Shown piece after piece: positions 1 through 12,334 of a stretch of DNA of 64,000 nt (its first letter is position 1; every line of letters begins with the position of its first letter). The notes beneath the pieces were generated by a model. That model was not told where the DNA came from and searched no databases. It saw only the letters and a program-made list of their open reading frames with translations. The position numbers and the translations under genes are program-made. The stretch comes from Eutreptiella sp. 'Long Island Sound 2002' (lineage: Eukaryota; Protista; Euglenida): positions 134,602,001-134,666,000 of the forward strand of contig OZ038378.1 in the NCBI GenBank assembly GCA_964036045.1. The letters run 5' to 3'.

Positions 1-1373
1 TAACTAGGCTGCAATGGCACAAGCATGGCCCACAACGTTGGATCTAGTACGAGAACTTTTTCTACAAACACACCTAGAAGCACCAAAAAGATCCTGGTCT
101 TCAGTTTCACAGTCTGCCATGGCTTGCGGCTCGGATGGAGCAGCAAATACACATTACATGCCACACTAAATAACACTGTGTGCCATGTACCGGATTTACC
201 ACGGGCGGTGCCAACCTGTTGCTTCCATCTTCATAACGAAAATGGCCAATGATATCCATACGATGCCGGTTGTCACGTAGGTCCATGCAGAAGAAGGTAT
301 ATTCCTAAGCTGGTCACGGAATAAGCAACACAGGGGCTCCAGACAGGGGCGGGCTGGGGGGGGCGGCCATGTCGTTCGTCCGCCGGCTCCTTCTTCACAC
401 GCACTAGGGTTGTTGCGGGCTTGCCCTTGTGCTGGTCACCATTGCCACTCTGTTCCACGACGAATCCCAACCCCTCCTCCAAGAACCCCCCCTCCTTCTT
501 GTAGAGAGGGGGAGGGGGAGGAAGAGGGGGAAGAACGGGCAAGTACGGCCCGTAGTACGTCGAAGGCAATAGAGCTTCTCGTAGTGCTCGGGCGGCCAAT
601 TGCGGGTATGGCCGGTAGAAACCATGGTCAATATGCAAAAGAGGAGGATCACATCTCTGGGACACAAAGAAAGCCGAGAGCAGAACGCCAAGAAGGTTCG
701 GGACGTGAGAACTGCAAGCCAACGACAAGTTTGGGTACAACGGGCAAAACACGACAGACGTGTGAACAAAATACGTATTGTCGCTTGCACTGCACATATT
801 GCTCCTCACTGGTCTCTAATTGTTGCCCAAGTTTGTGAAGACCTCCTAGTTTGCATTATATTCCTCCATCAACATGTAGCTTACCAATCTTGCATCCTTC
901 ACCGTCTGTTCATGCTTATGGGCCATGTTCTCGAATGGCATGTAGATGAGGTCCCACTCGCGTACACCGGTGCTCTTTGAAACCGGGGCTCGACGTCGCC
1001 CCTTGTCGTCCAATTGGGCCAACGCACTGCGCACATTTGCCGTGGACACACCCTTGGTATACGCTAAAATACCCAATCTCATTCTAGCCTAGAACACGCT
1101 AGAGAGGCTAGAACGAAAAAAAGAGGGGGATAACCCCCCGCAGGGGGGGGGGGGGATGAGGTGTCCAACCTGGACCCCCCTATACATACTCAGGGGCCCA
1201 TACTTTTTTTTTCACAATTTCACTGTTTTCACTTGATTTTGGAGGCCAAAAAATTTTCGTTCCAGCGGCGTTCTAGCGACGTTCTAGCGAGCATTCTAGA
1301 ACACCGCTAGAACGCCGCTAGAACGGTTCGCTAGAACGCCGCTAGAACGATATATATGAATGCTCCACCACTC

Positions 1374-1500
1374 CTCAAAGAGAAGCTGCCCCGGCTACCA
1401 TGGCCAGCTGTGGCCAATCACAGGGTCCCGATGCTAGACCCGACTCACGGAGCGCCGGGTTCCCCCCCCCCACCCCCCGGTTAGCCCGGTTAGCCCCCCA
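1374..1500. repeat. ~125-bp conserved module (copy 1 of 4)
   Basis: AAAGAGAAGCTGCCCCGGCTACC...GGCCAATCACA...ACTCACGGAGCGCCGGGTTCCCCC...TTAGCCC recurs at ~52973-53096, ~55936-56042 and ~63364-63495. Confidence 0.85.
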
Positions 1501-2613
1501 CCGCACCCCATGGGTCACATGGAACATCACTTGGCGGGCCGGCGCCGGGTCACTTGGTGGTGGGTTAGCCCGATTAGCCCGGTTAGCCCGATTAGCCCCC
1601 CTGGCCCCCCCAGGCCCCCATTCGCGAGTCGCGACACGCAGGTTACACCTCCTGCGTGGTGGGGGTTGCCGGGGCTCATCCTTGCTCCCGGCACCCCCCT
1701 TCTCACCCCCACGCCCGTGTCCCCTTCCTTCTCACCCCCCTTGTCACCCCCCGCGTCACCCCCCTTGTCACCCCCCTCCCCCTTGTCACCACCCTCGTCC
1801 CCCTCGTCATCCCCGTCATCCCCGTCGTCCCCGTCGTCCCCGGCCTCCAAGGCCTCCCGGAGGTGGGCCTCCGCCTCCTCCCGGGTGAGGAAGAGGAGGT
1901 CCCCCACCACCCGGAAGGTGCCCCCCTCTTTCTCCCGCTTCCTCTTCTTCCCCTTCTTCCCCCCCTCCCCCTCCCCTTTGGACCCCTGCGACACCACCCA
2001 CCACTCCCCCGGGTCCAACTCCTCATCCCAATCCCCCAACACCGTCACTTGGCTGACGGTCCCCCCATTGCCCCCCTCCGCCCAAGGGACATACCCGGTG
2101 TCCCCCACACCCGGCACGTGCCATAGGGGTCCCGGCCCCTTTCTTGCATAGGGGGCGGCTGGGGTTTGGGGGGGGGGTGGCTTTGCCCTTGCCCTTGGCC
2201 TGCGGCTTGGCCTTGGGCTTGGGCTTGGGGGGGGGGGGGGCGCCTCTTCTTCGTCGCTACTCTCGAAGTGGCGGGGTTTTTTCTTGGGGGCCTTGGGGGG
2301 TGTTTGGGGGCCTTGGGGGGGGTGTGTCTTCCCCCCGCTACTCGTGCTACTGCTGCTGCTGCTACTGCTGCTGCTGCTGCTGTCATCCCTCCCCCGGTCC
2401 TGCAACCTGGCCCAGCCCTTGCGCTGCGGGTCCATGCCCCCCGCACTCCTGCCCGATTCCCAACTACCCACACCCTCCAGCACCGAGAGGGCCAAATTGG
2501 GGTTCGTCCCCAACATCCGGCTCAACTCGGTGACCCCCACGAGGCGCGTCTGCCCTCCACCATCGCGCCACTCCACGAGCACCCCGCGGGGGTCACCTCA
2601 ACACGTCTGCACG

Positions 2614-2776
2614 CTGACAACATGAAGAGACAAACAAAATGCAGGAGCGTTCTAGCGGCGTTCTAGGAAACTGTTCTAGCGGCGTTCTAGCGACGTTCTA
2701 GCGGCGGCGGTAGGCCGGTGGCTAGATCAGCGCTAGAACGGTTCGCTAGATCCACGCTAGAACGCAATCGACATAC
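2614..2776 (-). other. Probable GT-AG intron homologous in sequence to intron 4113-4256
   Basis: Donor ACG|GTATGT at 2776, pyrimidine tract plus CAG near 2614. The internal sequence aligns with 4121-4257. The acceptor position is approximate. Confidence 0.65.
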
Positions 2777-4112
2777 CGTGCCTTGGCGGTCCAGGGCGGG
2801 GGAGATGGCCCCCAGTGCCTTGGCGAAGGCGTCCGCGGGGTTGGGGGGATGCGGCTGCGGGGGGCCGCCAGCGGGGGCTGCGGCGGGCTTGGGTTTGGGC
2901 TGGGGCCGGGTGGCGATGCCGTGCACCACCCCGGCATACATCCCCCGGTTCGCCGCCTCGGGGTTGAAACCCCCGAAGTCCATCAGCGCCGACCAGGTCG
3001 GCGTCTAGACCCCTGCCTTCCCCACCCACTCCACCCCCCCCAAGCCCAGCCCCTGCCAGCAGTGGGCGACGAATTGCCAGTGGGTGGCCCCCTCCTTTTT
3101 CCGCTCGGGGGTGAAGATGTTGGTTTGCGCCAACTCAAACATCTTCACCCCCCTTTCGGGGGGGAGGGGGGGGGCACCTGCCCCCACCGCTTATTCCCCT
3201 GCCCCGGCAACTCACGTTGCATCCCCCACGACCCCGCGACCACCCCCGGGCGCAAGGGCTTGTCCAGGTGGACAACCCCCCCCCCCCGTCCACCCATACC
3301 CATCGCCCCGCCCCCAACAGCCGGTGGTGCACCCGCACCAACAAAAATCGGAGAGTCCATACCGGACTCTCCGGGGCGACGAGGAGGGGGGTGTCCAGGT
3401 TTGGGGGGTGGGAGCCAGCCAGGACTGCCGGGTCCCATGGCAGGTCGTGGGCCCCCGCAACCCTCGACCCCATCAACCCCTTGAGCCCGTCGCTCGTCCC
3501 CCCCCCGCCCGCCGGCGCCGCCTCCACCACCTTGGTCTCCTCCTCCTCATCCTTCACGCTCGCCTCCTCCTCCATCTCGCCATGCACGTCCACCTCCGGC
3601 ACCTCGTCCACCTCCTCGTCCATCACCCTCGCCACCACCGCCGCCAACTGCCTCTCGCACTGCCTCACCGCCCGCTCGAACCCCTCGACCGCCGCCGCCT
3701 TCTCGGCCACCTTCGCCTTCGCTTTGCGAAGGTTGGCCTCCACCCACTCCACCCTTTCCTCCTCCGCTTCCTCCTCCACGAGGCTGCGCAATTTTACCTC
3801 CCAGGCCGAGACTTTCGTCTCAGCCCTTGTCTTGGCCGCCCTGGAGGCGGCACGGGAATCCAAGAACCATTTGAGCTCTCCCCGCGCCACCTCCACCTCT
3901 GCCGGTTCCTCCAACGCCGCCGCCCCCTTCCGGGCTACCAATGGGGGAGGGGGTGGCGACGGTGGATGTTGGGCTTGGGGCTGGGGCTTGGGCTTGGGCT
4001 TGGGCTTGGCGAGGGGGGCTTTGGGGTGCGGGGCCTGCTCAGCCTTCGGCTCCTCCGCCGCACGCCTGTCCGCATCCAGGATTTGCGCAATCAGCGCCTG
4101 GGTCGCTGCGTT

Positions 4113-4256
4113 CTGTAGCACAGGAGCGTTCTAGCGGCGTTCTAGGCAACTGTTCTAGCGGCGTTCTAGCGACAGTCTAGCGGCCCATCGTGCTGCCTAG
4201 ATCAAGACTAGAACGATTCCCTAGATCACCGCTAGAACGCACAGCACGAAATATAC
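4113..4256 (-). other. GT-AG intron (144 nt) made of inverted CTAG repeats
   Basis: CAG|GTATAT...CTACAG|AAC is in frame. It contains TTCTAGCGGCGTTCTAG and CTAGAACG arms. Confidence 0.8.
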
Positions 4257-4329
4257 CTGCCTCACCAGCTCGTCCAACTGCTCCCGCGTAGCCATCTTGG
4301 ATTGAAATATTCTGGTTATGGGAAGCCTG

Positions 4330-6242
4330 CATGTGACCCTGGCCCCTCCTTACCTCCATGGCATCCCTGCCCGAGCATGGCACTTGCGACCGTGGCCCCC
4401 CATGCACAACCCACGACACGTCAAAATACGCAAACAACCATGTCATGCACTGTGCTTGCACATTGGCCTCCCTGTGGATGGCCGACAATTGACGACCCGA
4501 CACCTCGTCCACCCCCTCCACCCGACAATCCCCCCCCCCCCCGGTCGCTGTGCCCGTTGTGACCATGTTTCAGAAAGCGGTTAATGCTTTCCGAAATGTC
4601 ACCGGAGAACATAGCCAGGCCAAAAGGCTCAATGTTCTGCAACATGATATCTACATCCTGCTCAAGGCTTAGTAGATACCATGATGTTGTTCCAGCAGTG
4701 CAGTGTCGCCGGAAATTGCGCGCAACAGCAGCGCAATTCAAAGGGTTAGGGCCCTGATATGTACAATAGAGGGCCTGTAGCAGGTCCCACGTGTTCGCGA
4801 TGGCCTTGTACTTGGTCGTGCTTGGCCTAATGCCGAGGCACTTAGCAATATCCGGCCATGCGTCAAAAAAATTGGCCGTCTCCTCCCCATCCGGGGATGC
4901 TGACCCATAAACGCTCCAACCTGCACGCCTCTCCGACAGAAGAACTTGCAGGTCTCGACGGAGCGCAGGGGTGACCAACCTAGCCTCCCGATCGACAAAC
5001 TCCCCCAACAAGCGGCCCATGGCCATTGTCAAGTGCAAAATGCACAAGACGACCCAGGCACGTGGCAATTTCAAAATGGGCTGGCGGCTTGCAAGGATGG
5101 CGTCCCAAGGAGGAAGGCCGTGTAGTTGGCCTCATCACCCTCCATGGTCCGGGGGTTAGCACTACCCTCCCAAGTCTTCGTTGGGGCATTCCATATGCCC
5201 TCATTGAACATGGGGCCCACTTGGGGGCATGTGGACACCCCGATCACCCGTCGCGTCCACGGTTGATCCCCCCCGAGGATCACCTTTGCCTGCTCCTTGG
5301 AGGCCCCCCATTGGACCAGCCCCGTGTCGATGATCTCTTGAATCACCTAAACACGAGACATGGGGGGTGGTTAATTTCGTTCTAGTCTAGTCCAATCTAG
5401 CGTCTAGCGAGCGGTGTTTGAGGCCGACTAGATCAAAACTAGAACGAGTGAAAGGCACTAGGTGAGAGGACTACCTCCCAATTGCTCTTCCACAACGTCC
5501 CAAGGGTCTCCATGGCCTTGTCATCGCAATTGGCCATGCTCAACACCCAAAGGCCCGCTGGGGAGCGGGCCAAGCGCTCAAAGTTGGCCAAGGAGATGGT
5601 GAGTTGGGTCCAATTGCCCCCGGCCACGGGGTAGGCATCTCCCCGGACGATGAACGTCAACGGGAAGGTGCGGTTGATTGACGGCACCAAGCCCGGCAGG
5701 GAGAGGATGCATGTGACCCATGAGGCGAAGGGCCATGAGATCCCGGTGGCCTTGGGCAACACCGTGGCAACGGGGTTGTCCTATTGCACCGGGGCGACCA
5801 ACTCCTTCCAACGGGCTTGGAAAGCCTGCTCGGTACAAATGGGCTGGGAGTAGGGGCCACTAGGGACGGTGCGGTGATACTCCAACTTACGGAGCGTGTA
5901 GAGCTCCGAGAGGGTCCTCCACGAGGACTTGGGGGCCCTCATGTTGAGCACTAGTTCACACATGGCGGTGGGGGGAAGTAGGGAGGCGGTGTATGCCTCA
6001 ACGGCGGCCTTGCATGCCTCACCCGTGGTTTGGGTAGAAGTGGCGGATTTCACATGTTGGACGGCGTTGTTGAATTGCCGCCGTGCTAGGGGGCATGATA
6101 GCGCCCACGTGGCCAAGTAATGGCCCACCCGCTCATCCTTGAGGTTTGAGGCCCCACTCAACTCCCGTAGTGCCTTGGACAAGAGGGAAGTATCCTTCCC
6201 GGGTGAGGAGGGAGCAAGGGGGGTAGTGGCGGGGCGCTTCAT
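4330..6242 (-). pseudogene. DDE transposase (RAG1/Transib/CMC-like), group 1, disrupted
   Basis: Joined ORFs give FIVRGDAYP (D1), VILGGDQPW (D2), LCILHL and FSGDISESINRFLK (E; compare RAG1 ASEGNESGNKLFR). One GT-AG intron at 5347-5474. In-frame TAG at 5781-5783, frameshift near 5108 and another in the G-run near 4535. The 3' end coordinate is approximate. Confidence 0.8.
5347..5474 (-). other. GT-AG intron (128 nt) of the transposase, CTAG-rich
   Basis: GAG|GTAGT...TTTAG|GTG keeps the frame (NWE|VIQEII). The homologue at 33679-33826 has an intron at the same position. Confidence 0.8.
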
Positions 6243-9200
6243 TGCAAAGAAATGTGCAATATCTAAGCGGGAAAGAAGGAAGCATGGAACAATGCACTAC
6301 GGACAATAGCAAGCAAGCATGCACGCACGCACGCACGGAACAATGAAGAAATTGGAATATGTTGGTAGACATTGTATCGTTCTAGTATTGATCTAATCTA
6401 GGCTAGAACGTTCTAGCTAGAGCGTTCTAGGCTAGAACGAGATTGGGTTCTCTAGCGTGTACCAAGGGAAGCACCCCACTAACCTATTGCCGACTTCATT
6501 AGTTATGGCCCTTCACAATAGAGTTTTGCAACCGAACACTACAGCCCGCACCAAGCTGCCACCCAGAACTCAGGGGGTTGCCTTGGGCGGTGTAGTGGTC
6601 GGGAAATTTTGCTTACAACACTCAAGGGCTTGGCTAGGGCTTGAACAATTCTGTGTCCCACACCCAAAAGCGGCAAGGTTTGTTTGTGGTGCTAGTGTCT
6701 AAAATATGGCAATCGCCAATGCCATCTGGGCCCTGTGCAAAAAATGGGTTAGGTTGGGCAACGCGTAGAATGCATAGACCGAGCTCGAGTCTCAGGGGAC
6801 AAAAAAGGAGCCGACACAAAAAATGCCCGGAATGCGCGCGACCTTGAAACCACGGCGCGGGGACAAGTTTGGACACAACACACGGAACGCGGCAAACGTG
6901 AAGAGCACACCAACATGCAGCCCGTGGCTGTGACATTCTTTGTAATGATGCACCACCCGGCCCAATATGTACTGGTACTGGTACTGGTACTGATACTGGC
7001 AGTGTTCCCCTTGGGGCAACTCCTCGGGAATTAACAAGAGTGCGGGCATGTGCATCACTCGCCTTGTGCTTTTCTTGGCGCGTCTAGTCACTAGGGCAAG
7101 CGGTGGTGGCCCTTTCGTCTCGACGAGGAAGTCATGGTCTTCTTCTTGTGGGTTCTAGGAGGTGCTCAATGTTCACCTAACGTAGTGAACTCTTGACCCT
7201 CCCCACCTTGGCCGGCTCATCCGCCTCGCTGCCGGATGAGCTGCCGGAACCGCCGATGCATCCGCTGCCTTACCCATTGCCAGACCTACTGCTAGTCATA
7301 TTGTTTCACCCAAAACTTGACCCGGAACTATCCTTGCCACTTCTGGGGGACATTCAAGATGGTGGACCGCACGGCAACGCCCAATCATGTCATTGGCCAA
7401 GATCTTGTCATCCTCTCCACCTTCCTACTTTTTCCTTCATCAGTAACCTCCTCGTGGCTCTTTGGCTTTCACCTTCTCTTGTTTCTGTATCTTCTTCTTC
7501 TTCTCCTTTCTGTTTCCCTTCCCCTTCTTCTTCTCTTTCTTGGATTTCTTCTCCTCTTGCAAAGAGAGGTGCGCGCGTTGTACATGTCTTTCACGTTGGG
7601 CCTTGGGCCAAAAAGGAAGTCGTGCGCGTCGGGCGCGTTGGGCTCTCAACTTGTCGGTGGAGACAATACATGCGGTGTGCCCGTCGTGCGTGTTCCACGC
7701 ACCTCATCGGGGACAAAGCCCCAACTGTTATGCTTCTACAGTGTAATCTTAACGCCCCCTTGGTTGAGTTGGCAGTCCATCTTCCTCTCCTTTCCCCCGG
7801 TTGTCTTCTCATGGGCATGGATCTCTAGTTGACACGTTAGGATAGAAAGAGCGTATTGCGGATCTCCTCGGTCTTGGGGTCTTGCATTCCTTTCATTCTT
7901 TTCATTCCTTGCACCCATCAGACGTGATAACTGCTTGTGCGAGCAATCACGCCACCAAAAACAAACCCCATCGCCCATGCAACCAGCACATCACACCTCC
8001 ACGTCGCGAAGTCATGCCACACAAGCAAGTGAATGGCCCCACCCACACGAGCCACCCTTACCAGACACCTCGAATCCTTTGATGCCACTGTACGGCGCGG
8101 CCGACCCGTGACCGAACCAAAGGCACGGCTAGGGGATACACCACCACCATGGGTCACCCAACCACCTCACGCATACACGCACGTCAAGTGTGCACCATGC
8201 AAATATCGTTAATCCACAAAAAGGACGAGCCGCCAGCCAACAGTTGCCCTACTTGCAAAGCCCAGCGAGCCCCACAGCTCACCATGCTTTGCATCAAAGA
8301 CCACTAGGTCTCCATTGGAGCTTGCCAGCAGCCCGCCTACTAGTTCTAGTGTGGCAACCGCAACCCCGAGTAATAAGCCCAGCGCCAAGTCCCAGCAAAT
8401 CACTTCCTTGTAGCCACCTTGAATTCCCCATGGCCAAGCTACAGGGGTGGGCTATGGGGGAACAGGGATATGGTGCCAAGGGTAACAGCATGTTCCCCAT
8501 GTGTGGTGCTGGTGGTGGGCTAGGTAGGAACCCCCCAGGCGTCCGCGGAGGCTGTTGGCAATGGCCCCCATGAGGCTCCAGTCGGAGGTCTGCCTCATCC
8601 TCATCAGCATGTACCTCCACCGCCACGACCTCCCCAACACCAACCAACAATACCCACCACCCACAACCCCCCTTGCCAAAAGTCCAACAATAGCTGGCGG
8701 AGATCGCGATGGAGGAGGTGATCAATTACCTGTGGCTGGCGTGCTGCCGGCTCTTGAGCCTCTAAAGCCGCAGGCAAGTTGCCACCTGCCCCCTCACCCA
8801 CCTCTTCTACCCCTAGGACCCACGGTGCCCCGGCCCCTCCCCACCAAGCACATGCCCAGCGCCTGAGGGATGGGCCGACTACCCAGTCCGCGACCTCTCC
8901 CTTCCCGACTAGGCCTCCACCTAAGTTACGGAGCACTCCGGGTGGCGCACTTTGGTCAAGCGCCTCCGGTGGGACTTGTGGGGCATGGCCTGCTAGCGAG
9001 GGGACGAGGCATTTCCCCAAACGGCCACGGCTAGATTGGCTGCCACCCAGGGCAGACCACCAACAGGTGATCAGTTAGGCACATACCCACGAGGGCGGAT
9101 GGTCATGGGCCCAGCTGCTTGCCCGAGGCAGCGCTCCGGCCACCGTCGGCGCTAGTAACTGCCATGCTAGTCCCCCCGAGGCAACGGAGAGGGCAGCGTG

Positions 9201-10635
9201 AGGACAGTACCACAACGAAATACGGACAACACCGTCCTGCTAGCCAACGCGCAGGCCATCCTAGCCACCACCACTACCCACCACACCCGTGGATCCAACC
9301 ACAATTGCCGCCACAACCCCTGGAGAGTAGCATGAGCTCCAGGGAGCAAGCGCTAGGTGCCCCACATTGACGGCACCTCGTCCACCTTCCTGAAAACCCA
9401 ACTGTTGGTCCATGGAGGTCATACAGCCCTTCCAAGACTCCCTCTACCAGTGTTTCACGTCCGCTAGGGCCCCGTCTTTGGGGGGTGCCGCCATGGTGGA
9501 CTCTTGCCACCATACTTGTTCCCCCGTCCTTATGGCACATTCGGGGACACGTCCCATCCATTCAACCGGCCCCCTCCACGTACATGACCATAATGTACGC
9601 GGGGCACCTTACCCCGGCCACAGCCCACCACCACCCCAAGACCAACATGTGGATGATCTTGGGCTCCAACTACATGCTCCCCGCGGACACCACACTCCAC
9701 ACCATCCCAGACCCCTAGCACCTACGCCACGCACAACAGTAGGAACCACGGAACACAAGCACACTAAGCCGTGATAGGCACACACGCGCATGCCCTCAAT
9801 GCAGACCCGCCAGTGAGGCTGGAGGAGGCAGCAGGAGCCGACGTGGTGGCGAAGCGAAGCGGAGGCGTGGACACCACGAGCACCCCCCCCCCCTCTACCC
9901 GTTACCTCCTTCTCCTCCACATCCTCCTGCTCATCATCGTCCTCATCCTCTCCACGTCAACACCCACAACAAATCCCACCACACAAGCCCGACGCTGCGG
10001 CAAGAAGAGCGGACACAAGACCCCCCACGCCGAGAATTTGGCCACGCCCAAGCCCCCAGCCACCCCCCTTAACATGCAGCTGGGCTGCGGCAAAATCGTC
10101 ACCCCGAACCATGGTGGCCCGCAATACCGGACACCTGGGCATAGCAATCACACCCCACACAACCACAACCACAACACCCAGAACTGCACCCCTCCCCCAT
10201 GACATGCAACAAGGAAATCCTATGAGAGCATTAACCGCAACCACGCCAACAACAAGCCGAACCACACCATGAAGCGGGCACCGAAGCCGGCGACGCGCCT
10301 AGGCATCATGGCCAAGGCAACCGCAAGACCCCCGCCAAGCTCACAGCGGTGCTTCTGCCCCACCCCACCCCCCGCGCCGTCACCCCGCCATGCCCACCTA
10401 GCCAAATGCAACGAAACCTAGGTCTGTACGTATGGTTCGCTGATGGATATTTGGACTTTTGAAATAACTTTGCAATGAACTTGCACGCAAGGCGAAGTGA
10501 TGGAATGTGTGTCTTTTTGTATGTTTTCTGCTTGTGTTGCATGCTACACAATGTTGTTTTATTGTACTGAGGTGGTTGAAATGCAAACTTGGACGCAATT
10601 GTAACATTGGGGTATTTTTTCGGAAAAAATGAAGT

Positions 10636-10765
10636 TGTCACTTCACCTTCACTTCACCTTCACTTCACCTTCCTAGTGAAGGCACACTACAAGCTCCGTG
10701 AAAGCTCATCGCAAGTTCACTGATGCTCACTGAAAGCTCATGAAAGGCTCACTGCGAGCTCATTG
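10636..10765. repeat. Short simple repeats: (CTTCAC/CTTCA)n followed by degenerate GAAAGCTCA/GCTCAC repeats
   Basis: Read directly from the sequence. CACTACAAG occurs at 10685. Confidence 0.7.
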
Positions 10766-11315
10766 GAAGCGAAGTGCACACATAATGCACACCGTTTCAC
10801 GTCTTCCCCTCTGCCAACCCTTCCCTCGTTCAACGGGTTAGGGGACCCATGTACAAGAAATATTTTTCAAAGCCCCCAAAAGTGGTATCCACGTACGGGG
10901 ACCGCTTTTTTGGAGGCTTGGGGGGGGGGGGCATCAAAACTTGGTTGACCATTGTGCATTGATTTGGACCCAGGTTCCATTCCACTTTTTTCCTCTATAT
11001 GGACCCCCTACCCAATGAAGGGTCCTCGGTGCTATCTCCAACTTTCCAAGATCGGCCCCTCTATGGGCCTCCACTTGTGATGACTTCGCCGTTTTCAACC
11101 GTGGCTGAAAATTGCGATTTCTGGGTGACGTCTGACAACCCCTAAGGACCCTTGGGCGGTTCTTACGTGACCGTTTACTAACAATGGGGGTATATGTGAA
11201 CTTATGCACTACCAAAGTAGGAGATCCTTTTGGGAGACAAAACTATCCTTTGCCCCAGGTACTAGGGTACTGGGGTCAGAGGGGTCGATTTCAGAAGAAT
11301 TCACTGTTCCAAAAA

Positions 11316-11445
11316 AATGATTTTACAAGGGGTGAGACATCCGATATCATACATCGGAGTATGCGATGCGAATGGCCCCCCAAAAGGGGGATACATGGCG
11401 CCCGCGCCTGCCTTGATCTAAAAACCTCTCTTCAACGTGATTTTG
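11316..11445 (+). repeat. ~130-bp dispersed direct repeat (partner at 15754-15884)
   Basis: AATGATTTTACAAGGGG...CGCCCGCGCCTG..TTGATCTAA.AACCTCTCTTC...GTGATTTTG is present at both sites. Confidence 0.8.
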
Positions 11446-11824
11446 ATGAATATCACAAGCTTCCACATGCTGCCCTATGAAATCAGGCAAGGGGGCTGAG
11501 AAACAACAGGAACCTCTGCGCACTGGGGGCACAAGGGACTGAGAAATGGTATGTACAACCGGCTGAGATACAGTGTGCACCCCTGTGCTGCAGTGCTGGA
11601 CTAGGGTATGGGATAACCTGGGGGCAGAGGCCCCAACATCAAGATGCAGTACTAGGCAGCAAGATCTCCCTGGGAAGCAACGGAGATCGGGCCACCATGA
11701 CCGTGTGACACAGCCAAAAACCAAAAGCCAAAAGTCTGATTCCCCTTCTCGCAATTTCTTGGAACTAGGGCCTGGCAGCAATTTTCAGCCAAAAATCTGG
11801 CAACCTCCAATTTCAAAGGTGTCA

Positions 11825-12334
11825 CAAGGGGGGCGGCCTGTTCAAATTCTCGACCCCAACCGGGTGCGAAAACTTTTGGGGGTCCGGAAGGGGGGGGTCG
11901 GCTGGTCAGCCACCGGGGTCCCCAGAGGGGGTCACTGGGTACCCCAACATACATACCTCACAATGATCCCCATTACGCGCTGATCATTTTGAACGTACAC
12001 AAATGGGGTAGAATTTTTTTCAGAAAAAATTTGACAATAGCTCAGGCTCCCATCAGCCAAGGTCAGACCCGGAGGTCAGGTCAGGGGTCAAAAATTTTCT
12101 ATGTTTCTCAAACATCTTTGAATTCTCCACAAAATTCTGAGTATTTTGAGTGTAGACACATCGGGTAAAAAAAAACCCCCTCAGGAAGGGAAAAAGAAAG
12201 ATTTTCGGCGCCTTCGGCGCCAACCCTTTCCCCCAAAATCTCAAATTGGGGAAAGACGGGTTCGAAAACTTCGGGGGGGTCTGGAGGGGGGAGGGGGGGG
12301 GGGGGTCTGGAACTAGAACAGGCCGCCCCCCTTG
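11825..12334. mobile_element. 510-bp MITE, hAT-type
   Basis: Perfect 19-bp TIRs CAAGGGGGGCGGCCTGTTC (11825-11843 and 12316-12334). Perfect 8-bp TSD AGGTGTCA (11817-11824 and 12335-12342). The terminus fits the hAT YARNG pattern. Confidence 0.9.

Larger units (their letters stand above)
1527..4295 (-). pseudogene. Second gene (ORF2) of the group 1 transposon: coiled-coil, Pro/acidic/basic low-complexity protein of unknown function, frameshifted
   Basis: ATG at 4295, exon 1 MATREQLDELVRQ, then a phase-0 GT-AG intron 4113-4256 splices in frame into ORF 3135-4121. A further GTATGT donor at 2776 leads to ORF 1527-2582. The C-terminal part is conserved in the copy at 63.6-64.0 kb (KKRKREKEGGTFRV.GDLLFLTREE). 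Confidence 0.7.
1051..6468 (-). mobile_element. 5.4-kb TIR DNA transposon, group 1 (CMC/Transib-like transposase plus second gene), degenerate
   Basis: 45-bp terminal inverted repeats at 1051-1095 (CCCTTGGTATACGCTA...) and 6424-6468, 40/45 identical. Flanks are CA and AA (imperfect 2-bp TSD). Contains a DDE transposase relic and a spliced second ORF on the minus strand. The left end recurs at 63053. Confidence 0.88.

Noticed and set aside
1478-1600. Telomeric repeats (TTAGCCC units)
   Set aside because: These are 9-bp GGTTAGCCC-type units internal to a transposon, not a TTAGGG tract.
1400-4134. Long plus-strand Pro/Ser-rich ORFs
   Set aside because: Antisense shadows of the GC-rich minus-strand ORF2.
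4525-4545. Treating all frameshifts as biological
   Set aside because: Several fall in long G/C or T runs (here, ~2585, ~60140) and may be sequencing errors; pseudogene calls rest mainly on in-frame stops and non-homopolymer shifts.
5781-5783. TAG readthrough or an alternative genetic code suggested by in-frame TAGs (5781, 33670, 59477)
   Set aside because: Aligned homologues have Leu, Gln and Trp respectively, each consistent with an ordinary nonsense mutation.
1051-6468. piggyBac assignment based on CCCT termini
   Set aside because: No TTAA target site, and the catalytic motifs are D-D-E with a RAG/CMC-like layout.
7150-7830. Lys-rich minus-strand gene
   Set aside because: Low complexity with stops in every frame and no recognisable domain.
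9412-9774. Non-LTR reverse transcriptase (CSPVLM ... HVDDL)
   Set aside because: Motif spacing is too long and no other RT motifs were found; a heavily decayed retroelement cannot be excluded.
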